Positions 1 to 10,173 of a stretch of DNA of 64,000 nucleotides are shown here, piece after piece. Both the position numbers and the translations under genes were made by a program. The DNA is from an uncultured Actinomycetota bacterium (GTDB lineage Bacteria; Actinomycetota; Actinomycetes; Actinomycetales; CAWJMD01): the NCBI GenBank assembly GCA_963835085.1, contig CAWIED010000001.1:78270-142269 (forward strand), written 5' to 3'. The stretch's first letter is position 1. Every line of letters begins with the position of its first letter. The notes beneath the pieces are model-generated. The model worked only from the letters and a program-made list of their open reading frames with translations. It was not told the origin of the DNA and made no database searches.

Positions 1-156
1 GCCATCGTGCTGGTCACCGTGCTGCTGATCCTCGACATGACCCGTCGGATCAGGCGGCTGCGCTTTCGGCAGCGGGCCGAGGAAGCGCGCCGGGCCGAGG
101 CCGCAGCGATCGCGGCAGACTCCGACCCGGGCGAGGCCGGCCCCCCACAAGACTGA
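1..156 (+). CDS. 3' end of a CDS entering from upstream; product unknown (hydrophobic helix followed by Arg/Ala-rich tail)
   Basis: Frame 1 is open from base 1 to TGA at 154-156 (AIVLVTVLLILDMTRRIRRLRFRQRAEEARRAEAAAIAADSDPGEAGPPQD*). Third-position GC is high. Too short for a family call. Confidence 0.35.
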   Translation, partial: AIVLVTVLLILDMTRRIRRLRFRQRAEEARRAEAAAIAADSDPGEAGPPQD

Positions 157-244
157 GGCAGCGCCTCGTCGGCGAGGGGCGCCTGGACGGGTCAGCCCCC
201 TGCCAGGGCCCCGTGCGAGTGCACGGGCACCAGAAGCCCGCGAG

Positions 245-670
245 TCAGCTGACGCAGAACTCGTTGCCCTCGGGATCCGCCATCGTGACCCACGCCAATG
301 GCCCCTGGCGGCCCCGGTGCAGTTCGGTGGCCCCTCGCTCGCGCAGCCGCGACACCACGTCTTCCATGGTGTCGGAGCCGATCCGGACGTCGAGATGCAC
401 CCGGTTCTTGACGGTCTTGGGCTCAGGGACGAACTGAAAGAGCAGTCGCGGTGCGCCGGCATCGGGAGACCTGACGGCCGCCCCCGCCTTCCAGACCAGC
501 ACCCCGTTGACGTGTGTGGTGTCGGCCTCGTCGGCCTGGCCCTCTTCGATCATGCGACGGATGAAGTCTTCGTTGCTCGGCTCCACCTGCCAACCGAGCG
601 TGTCGGCCCACCAGGCCGCTGCGGTGTGCGGGTCTGCGGAATCGACCGTGATCTGAACCGGATATGCCAT
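245..670 (-). CDS. VOC / glyoxalase-bleomycin resistance family protein
   Basis: 141-aa ORF. The pattern (VDSADPHTAAAWWADTLGW ... NRVHLDVRI ... WVTMADPEGNEFCV) is typical of small actinobacterial glyoxalase-like VOC proteins. Confidence 0.8.
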   Translation of the reverse strand: MAYPVQITVDSADPHTAAAWWADTLGWQVEPSNEDFIRRMIEEGQADEADTTHVNGVLVWKAGAAVRSPDAGAPRLLFQFVPEPKTVKNRVHLDVRIGSDTMEDVVSRLRERGATELHRGRQGPLAWVTMADPEGNEFCVS

Positions 671-888
671 ACCTTCGAAGAGTAGCCTCCCGGCTCGAGA
701 CGTGGCTCATCGAGATCTGGCTCCGTCGCGATCGTGCTCGATCGCGAGCTAGCTCCATCGCGGTCTGGTCCAATCGGGCGTCGCGCGGGAAATGCCGGGA
801 CCTGATCGCCCGATCCGGGGAGATGTGCTGACGTTCGCGTGGCCGTGGGTGACCTCGTGTGCCGGTCGGATGATTCGTCGCTGTTGCG

Positions 889-2040
889 ATGCGGTGGTTT
901 GACGGGCGTCGTCACGATTGCTCCATGGAACTCAGCCGGGAGGTGGCCGAGCTCGTCGACGCGGACGATCTCTCGATCGTCCACCGCAAGAGCCTGGCGG
1001 TTCCGTCGGCCGTTCTGGTCGTCGTCCTGCTCATCCTGTCGATCGGATCGATCCTCGTCGTGTTCGCGATGCAGGAATCCCAGCGACAGGCCCAACGCAC
1101 GACTGTCGTGATCACGAACTACCTCGATGTGCAGGGTGCCCTCGGTGTGCTGGCCGTGGCCGAGACGGAGGCCAACCTGGCGCCGGGGCCGGCCACTTCG
1201 GCCGCACTCGACCGGGCCGATGAGAATCTCGCCGGCACCATCGCCAAGGTGCAGGCCACGCTCGATCCGGTGGATACCCGGACGGCGCCCGAGCTGGCGA
1301 CCTTGTACGACGAGTACACCCGCGTCGCGGTGGCACCGGATTCCGGCATCGCCGCCTCGGACTCCGTCATCAAGCAGATGATGACGGCCACCGAGCAGGC
1401 GATCGCGAGTCGGCGTGGCACCAACACCCGGGCGCGGCTGCATCAGCAGCACCTCACGACGATCCTGACGTGGTTGATCCCGTCGACGTCGCTGGCCGGA
1501 ATGGTCTCCCTCTTCGCATGTTGGCGGGTGCTGCTGCGCAGCCATGACCAGTTGGCGGTGCGGGCGGCGTTGGGCGAGTACGGGGCGCTCCGCGATCCGC
1601 TGACGGGCCTGCACAACCGGCGTTCGTTCGATGCGCAGATCGAGGCCGTCGAGAGTGCGCAGGAGCGAGTGGCAGTGGTGGTCATCGACCTCGACCATTT
1701 CAAGGAGGTCAATGACAACTACGGCCACGCGCGCGGCGACTACGTGCTCATCGAGGTTGCTCGCGCGCTACGGGGGCAGGTGCGGCCGCAGGACGTAGTG
1801 GCCCGGATCGGTGGGGACGAGTTCGTCGTCATCCTGCACGATGCGGCCGACGCACGGATCGTGGCAGATCGGCTCCGGCTGGCGGTGTTGGACGTTGCGG
1901 TGCTCACCAACACTCGGGTGTCGGCCAGTGTGGGGGTGGCTGAGGTGGAAGGACGAACGGCGTCCTCAGCCCTTGCGCTGGCCGACAGAGCTGTCTATCG
2001 GGCCAAACGCGCGGGCCGGGACGCCGTTTTCGTGGCTTAG
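889..2040 (+). CDS. Membrane-anchored GGDEF-domain diguanylate cyclase
   Basis: C-terminal GGDEF domain (LTGLHNRRSF ... VVVIDLDHFKEVNDNYGHARGDYVL ... RIGGDEFVVIL ... ADRAVYRAKRAGRD). Two hydrophobic helices lie in the N-terminal half. The start could be the internal ATG near 925. Confidence 0.85.
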   Translation: MRWFDGRRHDCSMELSREVAELVDADDLSIVHRKSLAVPSAVLVVVLLILSIGSILVVFAMQESQRQAQRTTVVITNYLDVQGALGVLAVAETEANLAPGPATSAALDRADENLAGTIAKVQATLDPVDTRTAPELATLYDEYTRVAVAPDSGIAASDSVIKQMMTATEQAIASRRGTNTRARLHQQHLTTILTWLIPSTSLAGMVSLFACWRVLLRSHDQLAVRAALGEYGALRDPLTGLHNRRSFDAQIEAVESAQERVAVVVIDLDHFKEVNDNYGHARGDYVLIEVARALRGQVRPQDVVARIGGDEFVVILHDAADARIVADRLRLAVLDVAVLTNTRVSASVGVAEVEGRTASSALALADRAVYRAKRAGRDAVFVA

Positions 2041-2052
2041 CCGCCTACGACG

Positions 2053-3192
2053 TTACGTGGTCTGCCGGTCGGTGACGACCTTGAGCAGTGCCGGGTAGAG
2101 CGGGTGATCCTCCTCGATGCCGGTGACTGTGCGCACCACTGCCTCAGCAGGCTCCTCGGCGAGGATGCGCTGCAGCTGCACCGCCTCCTCGTCTTCGACC
2201 GGGTCGAACCGCAGCCCGGCCGCCACGGCGTCGAGCAGCGCCTCGCTCGACATCTCCCGCTCCGCGAGCTGAGAGGCGGGCGACATGAACCGCTCGTTGC
2301 GGCTCAGCTTGCGCAACGGTGCTCGTCCCACTCGAAGCGGGGTGTCGGGCAACGCGGGATTGGCGAACCGTTTGAGGATCTTGGCCACATAAGCGCTCTG
2401 CGTCTCGTCGTCAATGCCGTGCTTGACGACGATGAGCGACTTGGTCTCCTCCAGCACCGCCGCCACGCGAGCCGCCACGCTTGGATCAGCCAGGGCGTCG
2501 GCGATGCTGGCTGCACCGATGGAGTAGCCATACCACGCGATGCTGGCGTGGCCGGTGTTGACGGTGAAGAGCTTGCGCTCGATGTAGGGCTCGAGGTTCT
2601 CGACCCAGGTGACACCGGCGATCTCCGGCTCATGGCCGCCGAAGGGCGGCCGCTCGATGGCCCACTCGAAATAGTTCTCCACCGTGACGTCGAGACCTGC
2701 ACCGGCAGCCTGGTTGGGCACGATGCGGTCGACGGCGGTGTTGGCGAAGATGGCTCGCTCGTGCAGGTCGTCGCCGGAGTAGTTCTTCTCGACTTCGGCC
2801 TGCAGGATGTCCGTGGCGTTGATGGCGTTCTCGCACGCCATCACCGCCACCTTGGACTCCCCTGCCGGGCGGGCCGCGATGCCCGCGGCGATGGCGGGCG
2901 CCACGAACTTGAGGATGTGTGCGCCGACGGCGGTGGTGATCACGTCAGCTGTCGCGCACGCCTGAGTGACGGCCTCGGCCTCGGAGGCGGAGTTGAGAGC
3001 GGAGAACCCGCGGACCGTGGTGGTCCGCGGGTTCTCACCCACCTCGTGCACGTCGTAGGAATCGGCCGCCTTGAGGCTGTTGATCAGAGCCTCTGCCACG
3101 TCTGCGAACACCAGCTCATAGCCGGCGTTGCTCAGCAGCAGACCAACGAAGCCTCGTCCGATATTGCCGGCACCGAAGTGGACCGCTTTCAT
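2053..3192 (-). CDS. mtlD: Mannitol-1-phosphate 5-dehydrogenase
   Basis: N-terminal Rossmann motif MKAVHFGAGNIGRGFVG and length 379 aa. It begins 1 nt downstream of the PTS mannitol gene (operon arrangement). Confidence 0.9.
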   Translation of the reverse strand: MKAVHFGAGNIGRGFVGLLLSNAGYELVFADVAEALINSLKAADSYDVHEVGENPRTTTVRGFSALNSASEAEAVTQACATADVITTAVGAHILKFVAPAIAAGIAARPAGESKVAVMACENAINATDILQAEVEKNYSGDDLHERAIFANTAVDRIVPNQAAGAGLDVTVENYFEWAIERPPFGGHEPEIAGVTWVENLEPYIERKLFTVNTGHASIAWYGYSIGAASIADALADPSVAARVAAVLEETKSLIVVKHGIDDETQSAYVAKILKRFANPALPDTPLRVGRAPLRKLSRNERFMSPASQLAEREMSSEALLDAVAAGLRFDPVEDEEAVQLQRILAEEPAEAVVRTVTGIEEDHPLYPALLKVVTDRQTT

Positions 3193-3193
3193 A

Positions 3194-5326
3194 TCAGCTG
3201 TTCACCTTTCCAAGGGCCGCCTCGATGTCTTGCACCGACGTGGCATTTTCGAGACCAGCAACCTGGTTCTTGTCAAGGAAGACGTCGGCGATCTTACCGA
3301 GCAGGGCCATGTGATCGTTGCCTGCGCCGGCGATACCGATGACGAATTTGACTTCCTGACCGTTCCAGTCGATGCCATTGGGGTAACGCACGAAGCTGAT
3401 CGCCGAGTGCTTGATCAGCGACTTCGCCTCGTTCGTCCCATGCGGGATCGCGAGCAGGTTGCCCATGTAGGTCGAGACCGAGGTCTCCCGTTGGTGCATG
3501 GCGTCGATGTAGGCCTCGGGTACAGCCCCGGAGGCGACGAGCAGCCTGCCCGCCTCCGAAATGGCGCCCGCCTTGTCGGTGGCCGTGCCGTTGACGACGA
3601 TCGAGCGGGGGCTGAGCACTTCGGCGCCACCCGCCGGAGTATCGGTGCGTTCTGCGACGGCGGTGGCAGTCGCAGCCCCACCGACCTCCGCAGTGGCACC
3701 GGCGGGGGCAGTCGGGCCGCCGGCCTGGCCTCCGTTCGTCTTGTGCAGGAGTTCAACGATCTCGTCGTAGCGCGGGCTGTTCATGAAGTTGTCGACGGAG
3801 ACATGAATCGCCGAGCCCGTCTTCTGCTTGGCCCGCTCGGTGAGGTCTTTGTGCGTGACCACGAGGTCGAAGGTGTCGGTCAGGTTCGAGATGGCCTTGT
3901 TGATCACCGTCACGTCTTTGTAGCCCGCGGCCTGCACCTTCTTGCGCAGCACCGAGGCGCCCATGGCAGACGAGCCCATGCCTGCGTCGCAGGCGAAGAC
4001 GATGTCCTTGATGGGGCCGCTCGCGGCAGCGTCGGCCACGCCCGCGCCGCCACCCGCGCCGAGGAGTTGACCGGCCACCGACGACTTCTTGCCCTTCATC
4101 GCCTCCATGCTGGCCGTGGCGGCGGCCAGGTCGCCGTCACCGTCGTCCTTGGCGATGCGGAGCAGGAAGGAGGCGACGACGAACGACACGGTCGCAGCGC
4201 CTATGACGGAGAGGATGACGCCGACATACGAGTCGGAGGAGGTTTGCAACAGGATCGCGATGATCGAACCGGGGGCGGCCGGGGCGCGCAAGCCAGAACC
4301 GAACAACACGTTGATGAAGATGCCGGTCATGCCGCCGAGGATGGTGGCGGCGATGAGCACGGGCCGCATCAGCACGTAGGGGAAGTAGATCTCGTGGATG
4401 CCACCGAAGAAGTGGATGATCGCCGCACCGGGCGCCGAGGCCTTGGCCTCGCCGCGGCCGAAGAACATGTAGGCGAGCAGCAGGCCCAGACCGGGGCCGG
4501 GGTTGGCCTCGAGCAGGAACAGCACCGACTTGCCCGCGGTCTGCGCCTGGGCGGTACCCAGCGGGGTGAGGATGCCGTGGTTGACGGCGTTGTTGAGGAA
4601 CAGCACCTTGGCCGGCTCGATCAGGATCGAGGTGAGGGGCAACAGGTTGTGGTGCACGAGGAATTCGACGGCGGTGGACGCGAGCTTGCTGAACGCCTCA
4701 ACCAGCGGACCCATGACGAAGAAGCCGAAGACGGCCAAAATCATGGCCCAGATACCGGCCGAGAAGTTGTTGATGAGCATCTCGAAGCCGGGACGGATCT
4801 TGTGCGACCAGAGTGCGTCGAGCTTCTTCATCGACCAGCCACCGAGCGGGCCCATCGCCATGGCACCCATGAACATGGGGATGTCGGTGCCGGTGATGAC
4901 ACCCATGGCGGCGATGGCGCCGACCACGCCACCGCGCACGTCGTAGACCATCTTGCCGCCGGTGTAGGCGATCAGGATCGGCAGCAGGTAGGTGATCATC
5001 GGGCCGACGATGCCGCCGTAGGCCGAGCACGACTGCAGCCCGTTGGCCAGATCGACGGCCTTGCCGGCCGCGTTGGTCACAGTGGTGGCGCAACTTGCGG
5101 AGTTGACTCCCCAGCCGCCGAGCCGGGCCACCCAGGTCAGCGACGCGTCAGTGACGCCGAAGTGCCGGGAGATGGCGGCGATCCAGCCCTGTTCGATGAA
5201 GAGGGCGGTGATCAGGCCCCACGCGATGAAGGCCGCGATGTTGGGCATGACCATGTTCGACAAGAAGGTGCCGAACTTTTGAACATGTACTCGGGCACCG
5301 GCCCGAGGTGCTGTCTCTGTGGACAT
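3194..5326 (-). CDS. mtlA: PTS mannitol transporter, fused EIIC-EIIB-EIIA
   Basis: EIIC membrane core (FGTFLSNMVMPNIAAFIAWGL...). EIIB block (IVFACDAGMGSSAMGAS). C-terminal EIIA (LAIPHGTNEAK). The start was moved to the ATG at 5324-5326 (MSTETAP...) because the upstream 56 codons of the ORF look non-coding. Confidence 0.9.
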   Translation of the reverse strand: MSTETAPRAGARVHVQKFGTFLSNMVMPNIAAFIAWGLITALFIEQGWIAAISRHFGVTDASLTWVARLGGWGVNSASCATTVTNAAGKAVDLANGLQSCSAYGGIVGPMITYLLPILIAYTGGKMVYDVRGGVVGAIAAMGVITGTDIPMFMGAMAMGPLGGWSMKKLDALWSHKIRPGFEMLINNFSAGIWAMILAVFGFFVMGPLVEAFSKLASTAVEFLVHHNLLPLTSILIEPAKVLFLNNAVNHGILTPLGTAQAQTAGKSVLFLLEANPGPGLGLLLAYMFFGRGEAKASAPGAAIIHFFGGIHEIYFPYVLMRPVLIAATILGGMTGIFINVLFGSGLRAPAAPGSIIAILLQTSSDSYVGVILSVIGAATVSFVVASFLLRIAKDDGDGDLAAATASMEAMKGKKSSVAGQLLGAGGGAGVADAAASGPIKDIVFACDAGMGSSAMGASVLRKKVQAAGYKDVTVINKAISNLTDTFDLVVTHKDLTERAKQKTGSAIHVSVDNFMNSPRYDEIVELLHKTNGGQAGGPTAPAGATAEVGGAATATAVAERTDTPAGGAEVLSPRSIVVNGTATDKAGAISEAGRLLVASGAVPEAYIDAMHQRETSVSTYMGNLLAIPHGTNEAKSLIKHSAISFVRYPNGIDWNGQEVKFVIGIAGAGNDHMALLGKIADVFLDKNQVAGLENATSVQDIEAALGKVNS

Positions 5327-5585
5327 GTGACTCCTTGTGTCCGTGCCCGAGTCAACCGATTTATACGTCCCGAGTATCCGATCCACCGATCGACGTGCTG
5401 TTGTGGTCCGAAGCTGTGGCGAATGCAGTTTAGGTGTCCTCGCCGTGACCTGGATCACAGCGGGGAGATCGATACCGAAGCGGTATGCAGGCAAAGTGCC
5501 AGCGCCTTGACGAGTGTCAAGACCCTCTATCCGGGCTTGAGACTAGCAGGTTACGCGCGTCGACAGGGGAAGCGAACGGGACGGA

Positions 5586-6977
5586 TCAGCTGGTCGTCGA
5601 GGCCAGGATCGCCCGGACCGAACTGCTCACGTCCTGGGGAGTTGTGGTGGCGTTGGAGACGGCCAGCCGGAGATAACGTCGGCCACGCCAGGTGGTCGCT
5701 CCCAGCCAGCAGGTGCCGTCGGCTTGCACGCGATGCATCGCCGCGTCCGTCCGGGCATCGTCGCCGAAGCGCACGAGCACCTGATTGAGCATCACGTCGT
5801 TGCCGATGCTCGCGCCGCCGGCGCCGAGTTCGTCGGCGAACTGGCGGGCTAGATCGCAGCAGCGTTCGACAAGCTCGCCGACGCCTCGTCGTCCCAGTTC
5901 ACGCAGGCCGGCCCACGTGGCGAAGCCGCGCGCCCGGCGCGACGACTCCAGGGTCAGGTCGCTGCCCTGGGCGGTGCCCTGGCGCGAGCCGGTCAGATAG
6001 GAGGCCGTGTACGAGACCGCGCGAGCCTGAATCTCAGGGTGCGCGCAGATTGCGAAACCGCTGTCGTAGGGCAGGTTGAGCCATTTATGGCCGTCGCAGG
6101 CCCACGAGTCAGCGAGTTCGACGCCCTGCACGAGATGGCGCAACCGCGGGCTCGCCGCTGCCCACAGGCCGAAGGCGCCGTCGACGTGCACCCAGGCGCC
6201 GTGCTGGCGAGCGACTGCCGTGGCGGCGGCGAGGTCGTCGATGGCGCCGGTGTTCACGTTGCCGGCCTGCAGGCAGACGATCGTCGGGCCTGCCGGGCCA
6301 CTGCTCAGCACCCGGGCGAGGTCGGCCACGTCCAGGGCACCGTTGGCGTCGGTGCCCACCGGCTCGAGGCAGCGTTCTCCCAGCCCGAGCAGCCTGAGCG
6401 CCCGGTCGATGGTCGCGTGCCGTTCGGAACTGGCGACCACCCGGATTCTCGGGGCCCCGAACACTCCGTCTCGGTCGACGTCCCAGCCGGCCAGGTCGAG
6501 CACATGGTGTCTGGCCGCGGCCAGTCCCACCGTGTTCGCGGCCTGGCCTCCGGTGACGAAACCGACGGCTGCCGTGGGAGGCAGGCCGAGCAGGTCGAGA
6601 ATCCAGCCGCCGGCCACCTCCTCGGCGGCAATGGCCGCGGGAGAAAGGGTGTCGTTGAAGGCGCACTGGTCCCAGCCGGCCGCGAGCAGGTCGGCTGCCG
6701 TGGCTGCCGCGAGGGCGCCACCGGTGACGAACCCGAAGAACCTGGGTCCGGCGCTGCTCATCAGGCCGGGCTCGGCGGCAGCCACGAGCTCGGCGATGAC
6801 GTCGCCCGCCGGGGTGGGGCCCTCGTCGAGCGGGCGTCCCAACGCCTTGGTGAGACTGGCTCTGTCGGCGGCCGGCGCCACAGGCCGGCCGGTCAGCGAG
6901 GTCCGATAGTCGGCGGCCGTCCTAGCGGCGGCGGCAAACAGTTCGGTGAAGTCTGGCGGTGGTGAAGCCTCGGTCAC
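5586..6977 (-). CDS. Pyridoxal-phosphate-dependent (group II) amino-acid decarboxylase family protein
   Basis: 463 aa. PLP-lysine context DGHKWLNLPYDSGF and the overall layout fit aromatic-amino-acid / diaminobutyrate decarboxylase-like enzymes. Confidence 0.85.
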   Translation of the reverse strand: MTEASPPPDFTELFAAAARTAADYRTSLTGRPVAPAADRASLTKALGRPLDEGPTPAGDVIAELVAAAEPGLMSSAGPRFFGFVTGGALAAATAADLLAAGWDQCAFNDTLSPAAIAAEEVAGGWILDLLGLPPTAAVGFVTGGQAANTVGLAAARHHVLDLAGWDVDRDGVFGAPRIRVVASSERHATIDRALRLLGLGERCLEPVGTDANGALDVADLARVLSSGPAGPTIVCLQAGNVNTGAIDDLAAATAVARQHGAWVHVDGAFGLWAAASPRLRHLVQGVELADSWACDGHKWLNLPYDSGFAICAHPEIQARAVSYTASYLTGSRQGTAQGSDLTLESSRRARGFATWAGLRELGRRGVGELVERCCDLARQFADELGAGGASIGNDVMLNQVLVRFGDDARTDAAMHRVQADGTCWLGATTWRGRRYLRLAVSNATTTPQDVSSSVRAILASTTS

Positions 6978-8488
6978 CCGGCGATGCTAGCGACGCACGT
7001 CCCGCTGCCCGTAGCGTGGGTCTGGTGAGCAATGGGGGCACGCACGAGCTGCTGCTGCGGCACGCCCGACTCTGGGCGGAGAAGAAGAAGCGCAGGGTAG
7101 ACGGTGACCTGCTCCGGACGATTCTCGACATCCGCTTCGAGTTGGAGGATCGGGCCGCAACCTCCTGGCCGGCGGGATCCGCCGAAGACCTCCTGCTGCG
7201 GCTATGGCCGTCGAGAGTGGTTGGCGAACTGCCCGATCCAGACGTGCTGCACGACTCGCTCGACACCTATTGGCGCTTCCTGCGTGCCACCGGACGGCTG
7301 GCCTCTGGCTCGGCGGAGCCGGCGACATTGCTGAAGGAGGCACGACGCGCCATCCCCAGGATGGCCGAAGCTGCTGCCAACCCCGCGAACTGGTCACAAG
7401 GCCGCGTCTTGGAAGACTTCGGTCGCAGCATCGGTGTCGAACTCGGGGCCTCCGCCACGCTGGAAGAACTGCAGGTCAAGCTCGACTTGATCGCCGGCGA
7501 ATGGAACGCGCTGCCCCGGCACGAGCGCGATCGGCGTTCGCCGAGGTTCGACGTCGGTCTGGACGACAGAGATGCCAGCGACAGGAATTCCGGCGAACTG
7601 GATTTCGACGACCCGGATTTCCACGACCTCGGTGAGCACGGTATCGACTGGTACAGCGATGGCTGGCCCGAGGAGGACGAGTGGATCGGGCTCGATGAGT
7701 TCGGCGCGGGGGGCTACGAGACCGACCTCCCCGCAGACCGGGCAGCGGTGATCGAGGACGCCAGAGCTTCGCGTTATCTGCGGCAGTGCCAACGCCTGGT
7801 CGACTGGGTGGGCACCGGTCGGGAAGTGACGGCGATCGGGGTGCTGCGTCCCCCGGTGGCGCGCGAGGCGTACACCCACCTCGATCTCTTCGCCTGGGAC
7901 CGAGCGCGCGAATCCGACATCGCAGACCTCGACGGTGAGGCGCTCGCCCTGCTGGCCCGCACGTACCGCGATTCGTGGCGCAGCGCCTCCGAGTGCCTCG
8001 CTCTACAGCGGCTCTGGGTCCCGGCGGTGGCGGCGGGGTGCATCGAGGTGGGCGCCACCAAGGCCGTGCGCGGCCGGCCGCTGTCGCAGGACGAAGCCGA
8101 CTTCCTCAAAGCGATCATGATCATGCTCGTGCGATTGGCGGCGGCGCTGGACCAGGCTGCCGTGGTCTCGTTGATGACCACCCTGCACGCGCTGATCGGG
8201 CAGGAGTGGCTGCCGCAAACTGCCCTCCGCGCGCGCTGGCTCGGGCTGAAGCTGCCGAAGGCGCAGCCAGCTCCAGACAACACAGATTCAGACAACCCAA
8301 ATCCAAACAACACCGTGTGGACGATGGTCTACGGTCGCCAGTTCGACTCCGCCATCGAGATGTTCGACGACACCAACTGCTGGCAGCGTCGCGGTGACGA
8401 ACTGAGGATCACCCACCTGGGCCGCGACCTGAGCTTCATACTGGCCCAGGCTCTGGCCGCCGGGGTGTTCGACGAGAAGGCGCTGTGA
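6959..8488 (+). CDS. Hypothetical protein (acidic central region), conserved-looking but unassigned
   Basis: Long ORF with protein-like composition and high GC3. No motif recognised. The start is uncertain: GTG at 7016 or 7025 would avoid the 19-nt overlap with the divergent decarboxylase start. Confidence 0.5.
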   Translation: MVKPRSPGDASDARPAARSVGLVSNGGTHELLLRHARLWAEKKKRRVDGDLLRTILDIRFELEDRAATSWPAGSAEDLLLRLWPSRVVGELPDPDVLHDSLDTYWRFLRATGRLASGSAEPATLLKEARRAIPRMAEAAANPANWSQGRVLEDFGRSIGVELGASATLEELQVKLDLIAGEWNALPRHERDRRSPRFDVGLDDRDASDRNSGELDFDDPDFHDLGEHGIDWYSDGWPEEDEWIGLDEFGAGGYETDLPADRAAVIEDARASRYLRQCQRLVDWVGTGREVTAIGVLRPPVAREAYTHLDLFAWDRARESDIADLDGEALALLARTYRDSWRSASECLALQRLWVPAVAAGCIEVGATKAVRGRPLSQDEADFLKAIMIMLVRLAAALDQAAVVSLMTTLHALIGQEWLPQTALRARWLGLKLPKAQPAPDNTDSDNPNPNNTVWTMVYGRQFDSAIEMFDDTNCWQRRGDELRITHLGRDLSFILAQALAAGVFDEKAL

Positions 8489-9162
8489 GCTTGTCCTCGC
8501 CAGGCGGCCGAGGCCGCAAGGCGGGCAGTACCGAACGGCCTGCGGTGCTGTTCGTCGATGCCGCGGAGTGGTCGGCTTGGCTGGCCGAGAACCACGACAC
8601 CGCAACGGAGTTGTGGATGCTCCTGCACAAGAAGCACGTACAGCACCAGGGCATGGTGTGGCACGACGCGGTGGTGGAGGCCCTGCGCTGGGGATGGATC
8701 GATTCGCAGGTGCAACGGGTGGACGACGACACGGTGCGCCAGCGCTGGACGCCGCGACGACCGGGCAGCCGGTGGAGCGGGGTCAATCTCGACACCGTGC
8801 AGCAGCTGATCGCCCAGGGCCGGATGATGCCTTCGGGCCTGGCCGTGTACGAGCAGCGCAGGGCAGAGCGCGAACGTGGCTACTCCCACGACCAGCCTCA
8901 CCAGACGTTGCCGCCGGAGTATCTGGCGTTGCTCGACGACTGTGCCGCAGCCCAGGCGTTCTGGAGCAAGGCGAGCGCGGGGTACCGGCGGGTGGCGACT
9001 CATTGGGTGGTGTCGGCGGCCAAGGATGAGACCCGGCTGCGCCGGATGCAGACTCTGGTGGACGACTGCGCACAGGGTCAGCTGATCAAGCCGGAACGCT
9101 ATGGAACAGTGCCGGCGTGGGTTGTGAAGGCCCGGATCGAGCTGGGATTCGAATCGTCGTGA
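8485..9162 (+). CDS. YdeI/OmpD-associated family protein
   Basis: Pattern AEWSAWLAENH...ELWMLLHKK...VVEALRWGWIDSQ...RWTPRRPGSRWS...Y RRVATHWVVSAAKDETRLRRM is typical of the YdeI family. Its GTG start overlaps the upstream stop (GTGA). Confidence 0.75.
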   Translation: MSLSSPGGRGRKAGSTERPAVLFVDAAEWSAWLAENHDTATELWMLLHKKHVQHQGMVWHDAVVEALRWGWIDSQVQRVDDDTVRQRWTPRRPGSRWSGVNLDTVQQLIAQGRMMPSGLAVYEQRRAERERGYSHDQPHQTLPPEYLALLDDCAAAQAFWSKASAGYRRVATHWVVSAAKDETRLRRMQTLVDDCAQGQLIKPERYGTVPAWVVKARIELGFESS

Positions 9163-9665
9163 GCAGGTTGCTCATCGTCCACCATTCGCCGACGGCGGCA
9201 GTCCGCGCGCTCACCGAGGCGGTGGCAGCGGGTGCGCACGATGACGCTATCGAGGGTGTGGACGTGCTGCTGCGGCCCGCGCTGGAGACCACGGCGGACG
9301 ACGTGCTGGCCGCCGACGCGCTCGTGCTCGGCACCCCGGCGAACTTCGGGTACATGAGCGGTGCCTTGAAGCACTTCTTCGACAGCACCTTCCTGCGCAT
9401 CGGCGGCGCGCTGGCCGCAGACGGGTCGGGGGCCCCGCCCGGGGGTTCGGGCTCGGGAAGTGCTGCGGGCCGGACGCCGTTCGCGCTCTACGTGCATGGT
9501 CGGTACGACACGACCGGCGCTGTTCGCTCGGTGCTGTCGATCACCGGCGCGCTGCCCTGGCGTCAGGCGTTCGACGTACTGGAGGTCGTCGGCGAGGTGG
9601 GCGAGCAGGAGCGGGAGCGCGCGTATGAGCTGGGCGCGACGCTGGCTGCCCTCGTCAGCCGTTGA
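9159..9665 (+). CDS. Flavodoxin-like fold / NAD(P)H-dependent FMN reductase family protein
   Basis: LLIVHHSPTAA...LVLGTPANFGYMSGALKHFFDSTF pattern. The GTG at 9159 overlaps the YdeI stop (GTGA), implying translational coupling. Confidence 0.7.
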   Translation: MSRLLIVHHSPTAAVRALTEAVAAGAHDDAIEGVDVLLRPALETTADDVLAADALVLGTPANFGYMSGALKHFFDSTFLRIGGALAADGSGAPPGGSGSGSAAGRTPFALYVHGRYDTTGAVRSVLSITGALPWRQAFDVLEVVGEVGEQERERAYELGATLAALVSR

Positions 9666-9685
9666 CAGCCCGGTACCTTGCGGAC

Positions 9686-10069
9686 ATGTCGGTGATTGCC
9701 TGGGTGCTGGTAGCTGCGGCCGGACTGCTACACGTCTATATCTTCATGCTTGAGACGCTGTGGATCGGACGGGCATCCACCCGTGCGCTGTTCGGTATCC
9801 GTAGCCAGGATCTCGAGATCGTGCGGCCGTGGGCGTTCAATCAGGGCTTCTACAACCTCTTTCTCGGGGTTGGCGCGTTGGGTGGAGTTGTCTTGAAGGT
9901 GTTCGGTCCAACGACCGCAGCCGTCACTCTCGGAGGCTTCTGCTGCGCGAGCATGTTCGCCGCCGCCTTGGTGTTGGGGAGCAGTGACCGCAGCAAGCTC
10001 GCAGCCGCCATCAAGCAGGGGAGTGTGCCGGGCCTGGCTCTGCTTGCCCTGCTCGTCCTGGGAGTCTGA
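9686..10069 (+). CDS. DUF1304-like small membrane protein
   Basis: MSVIAWVLVAAAGLLHVYIFMLETL...WAFNQGFYNLFLGVGALGG, with four hydrophobic helices. An alternative TTG start lies at 9662. Confidence 0.7.
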   Translation: MSVIAWVLVAAAGLLHVYIFMLETLWIGRASTRALFGIRSQDLEIVRPWAFNQGFYNLFLGVGALGGVVLKVFGPTTAAVTLGGFCCASMFAAALVLGSSDRSKLAAAIKQGSVPGLALLALLVLGV

Positions 10070-10173
10070 GGCCCACGGTCTCTGTGCGGGCTGTTCAGGA
10101 AGGTTCTCCCTGGACGATCTGCCTGCCGCGAGGGACTCGCCCTGCTGCGTCGTCAACCTGCCGAGTGTGGTGA

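Noticed and set aside
5505-5520. Palindrome CTTGAC-GAGT-GTCAAG about 180 nt upstream of mtlA as a mannitol-operon operator
   Set aside because: It is a single short palindrome. No mtlR-type regulator is in the window and there is no second site. It is plausible but unsupported, so it was not called as a feature.
3128-5788. Very long antisense or alternative-frame ORFs (for example 550-1728, 2104-3342, 3128-5788, 19954-21147, 34097-35722, 39767-41926, 54659-55990)
   Set aside because: These are shadow ORFs typical of high-GC DNA. They are Arg/Gly/Pro/Asp-rich low-complexity translations, and each overlaps a gene with clear family motifs on the other strand or frame.
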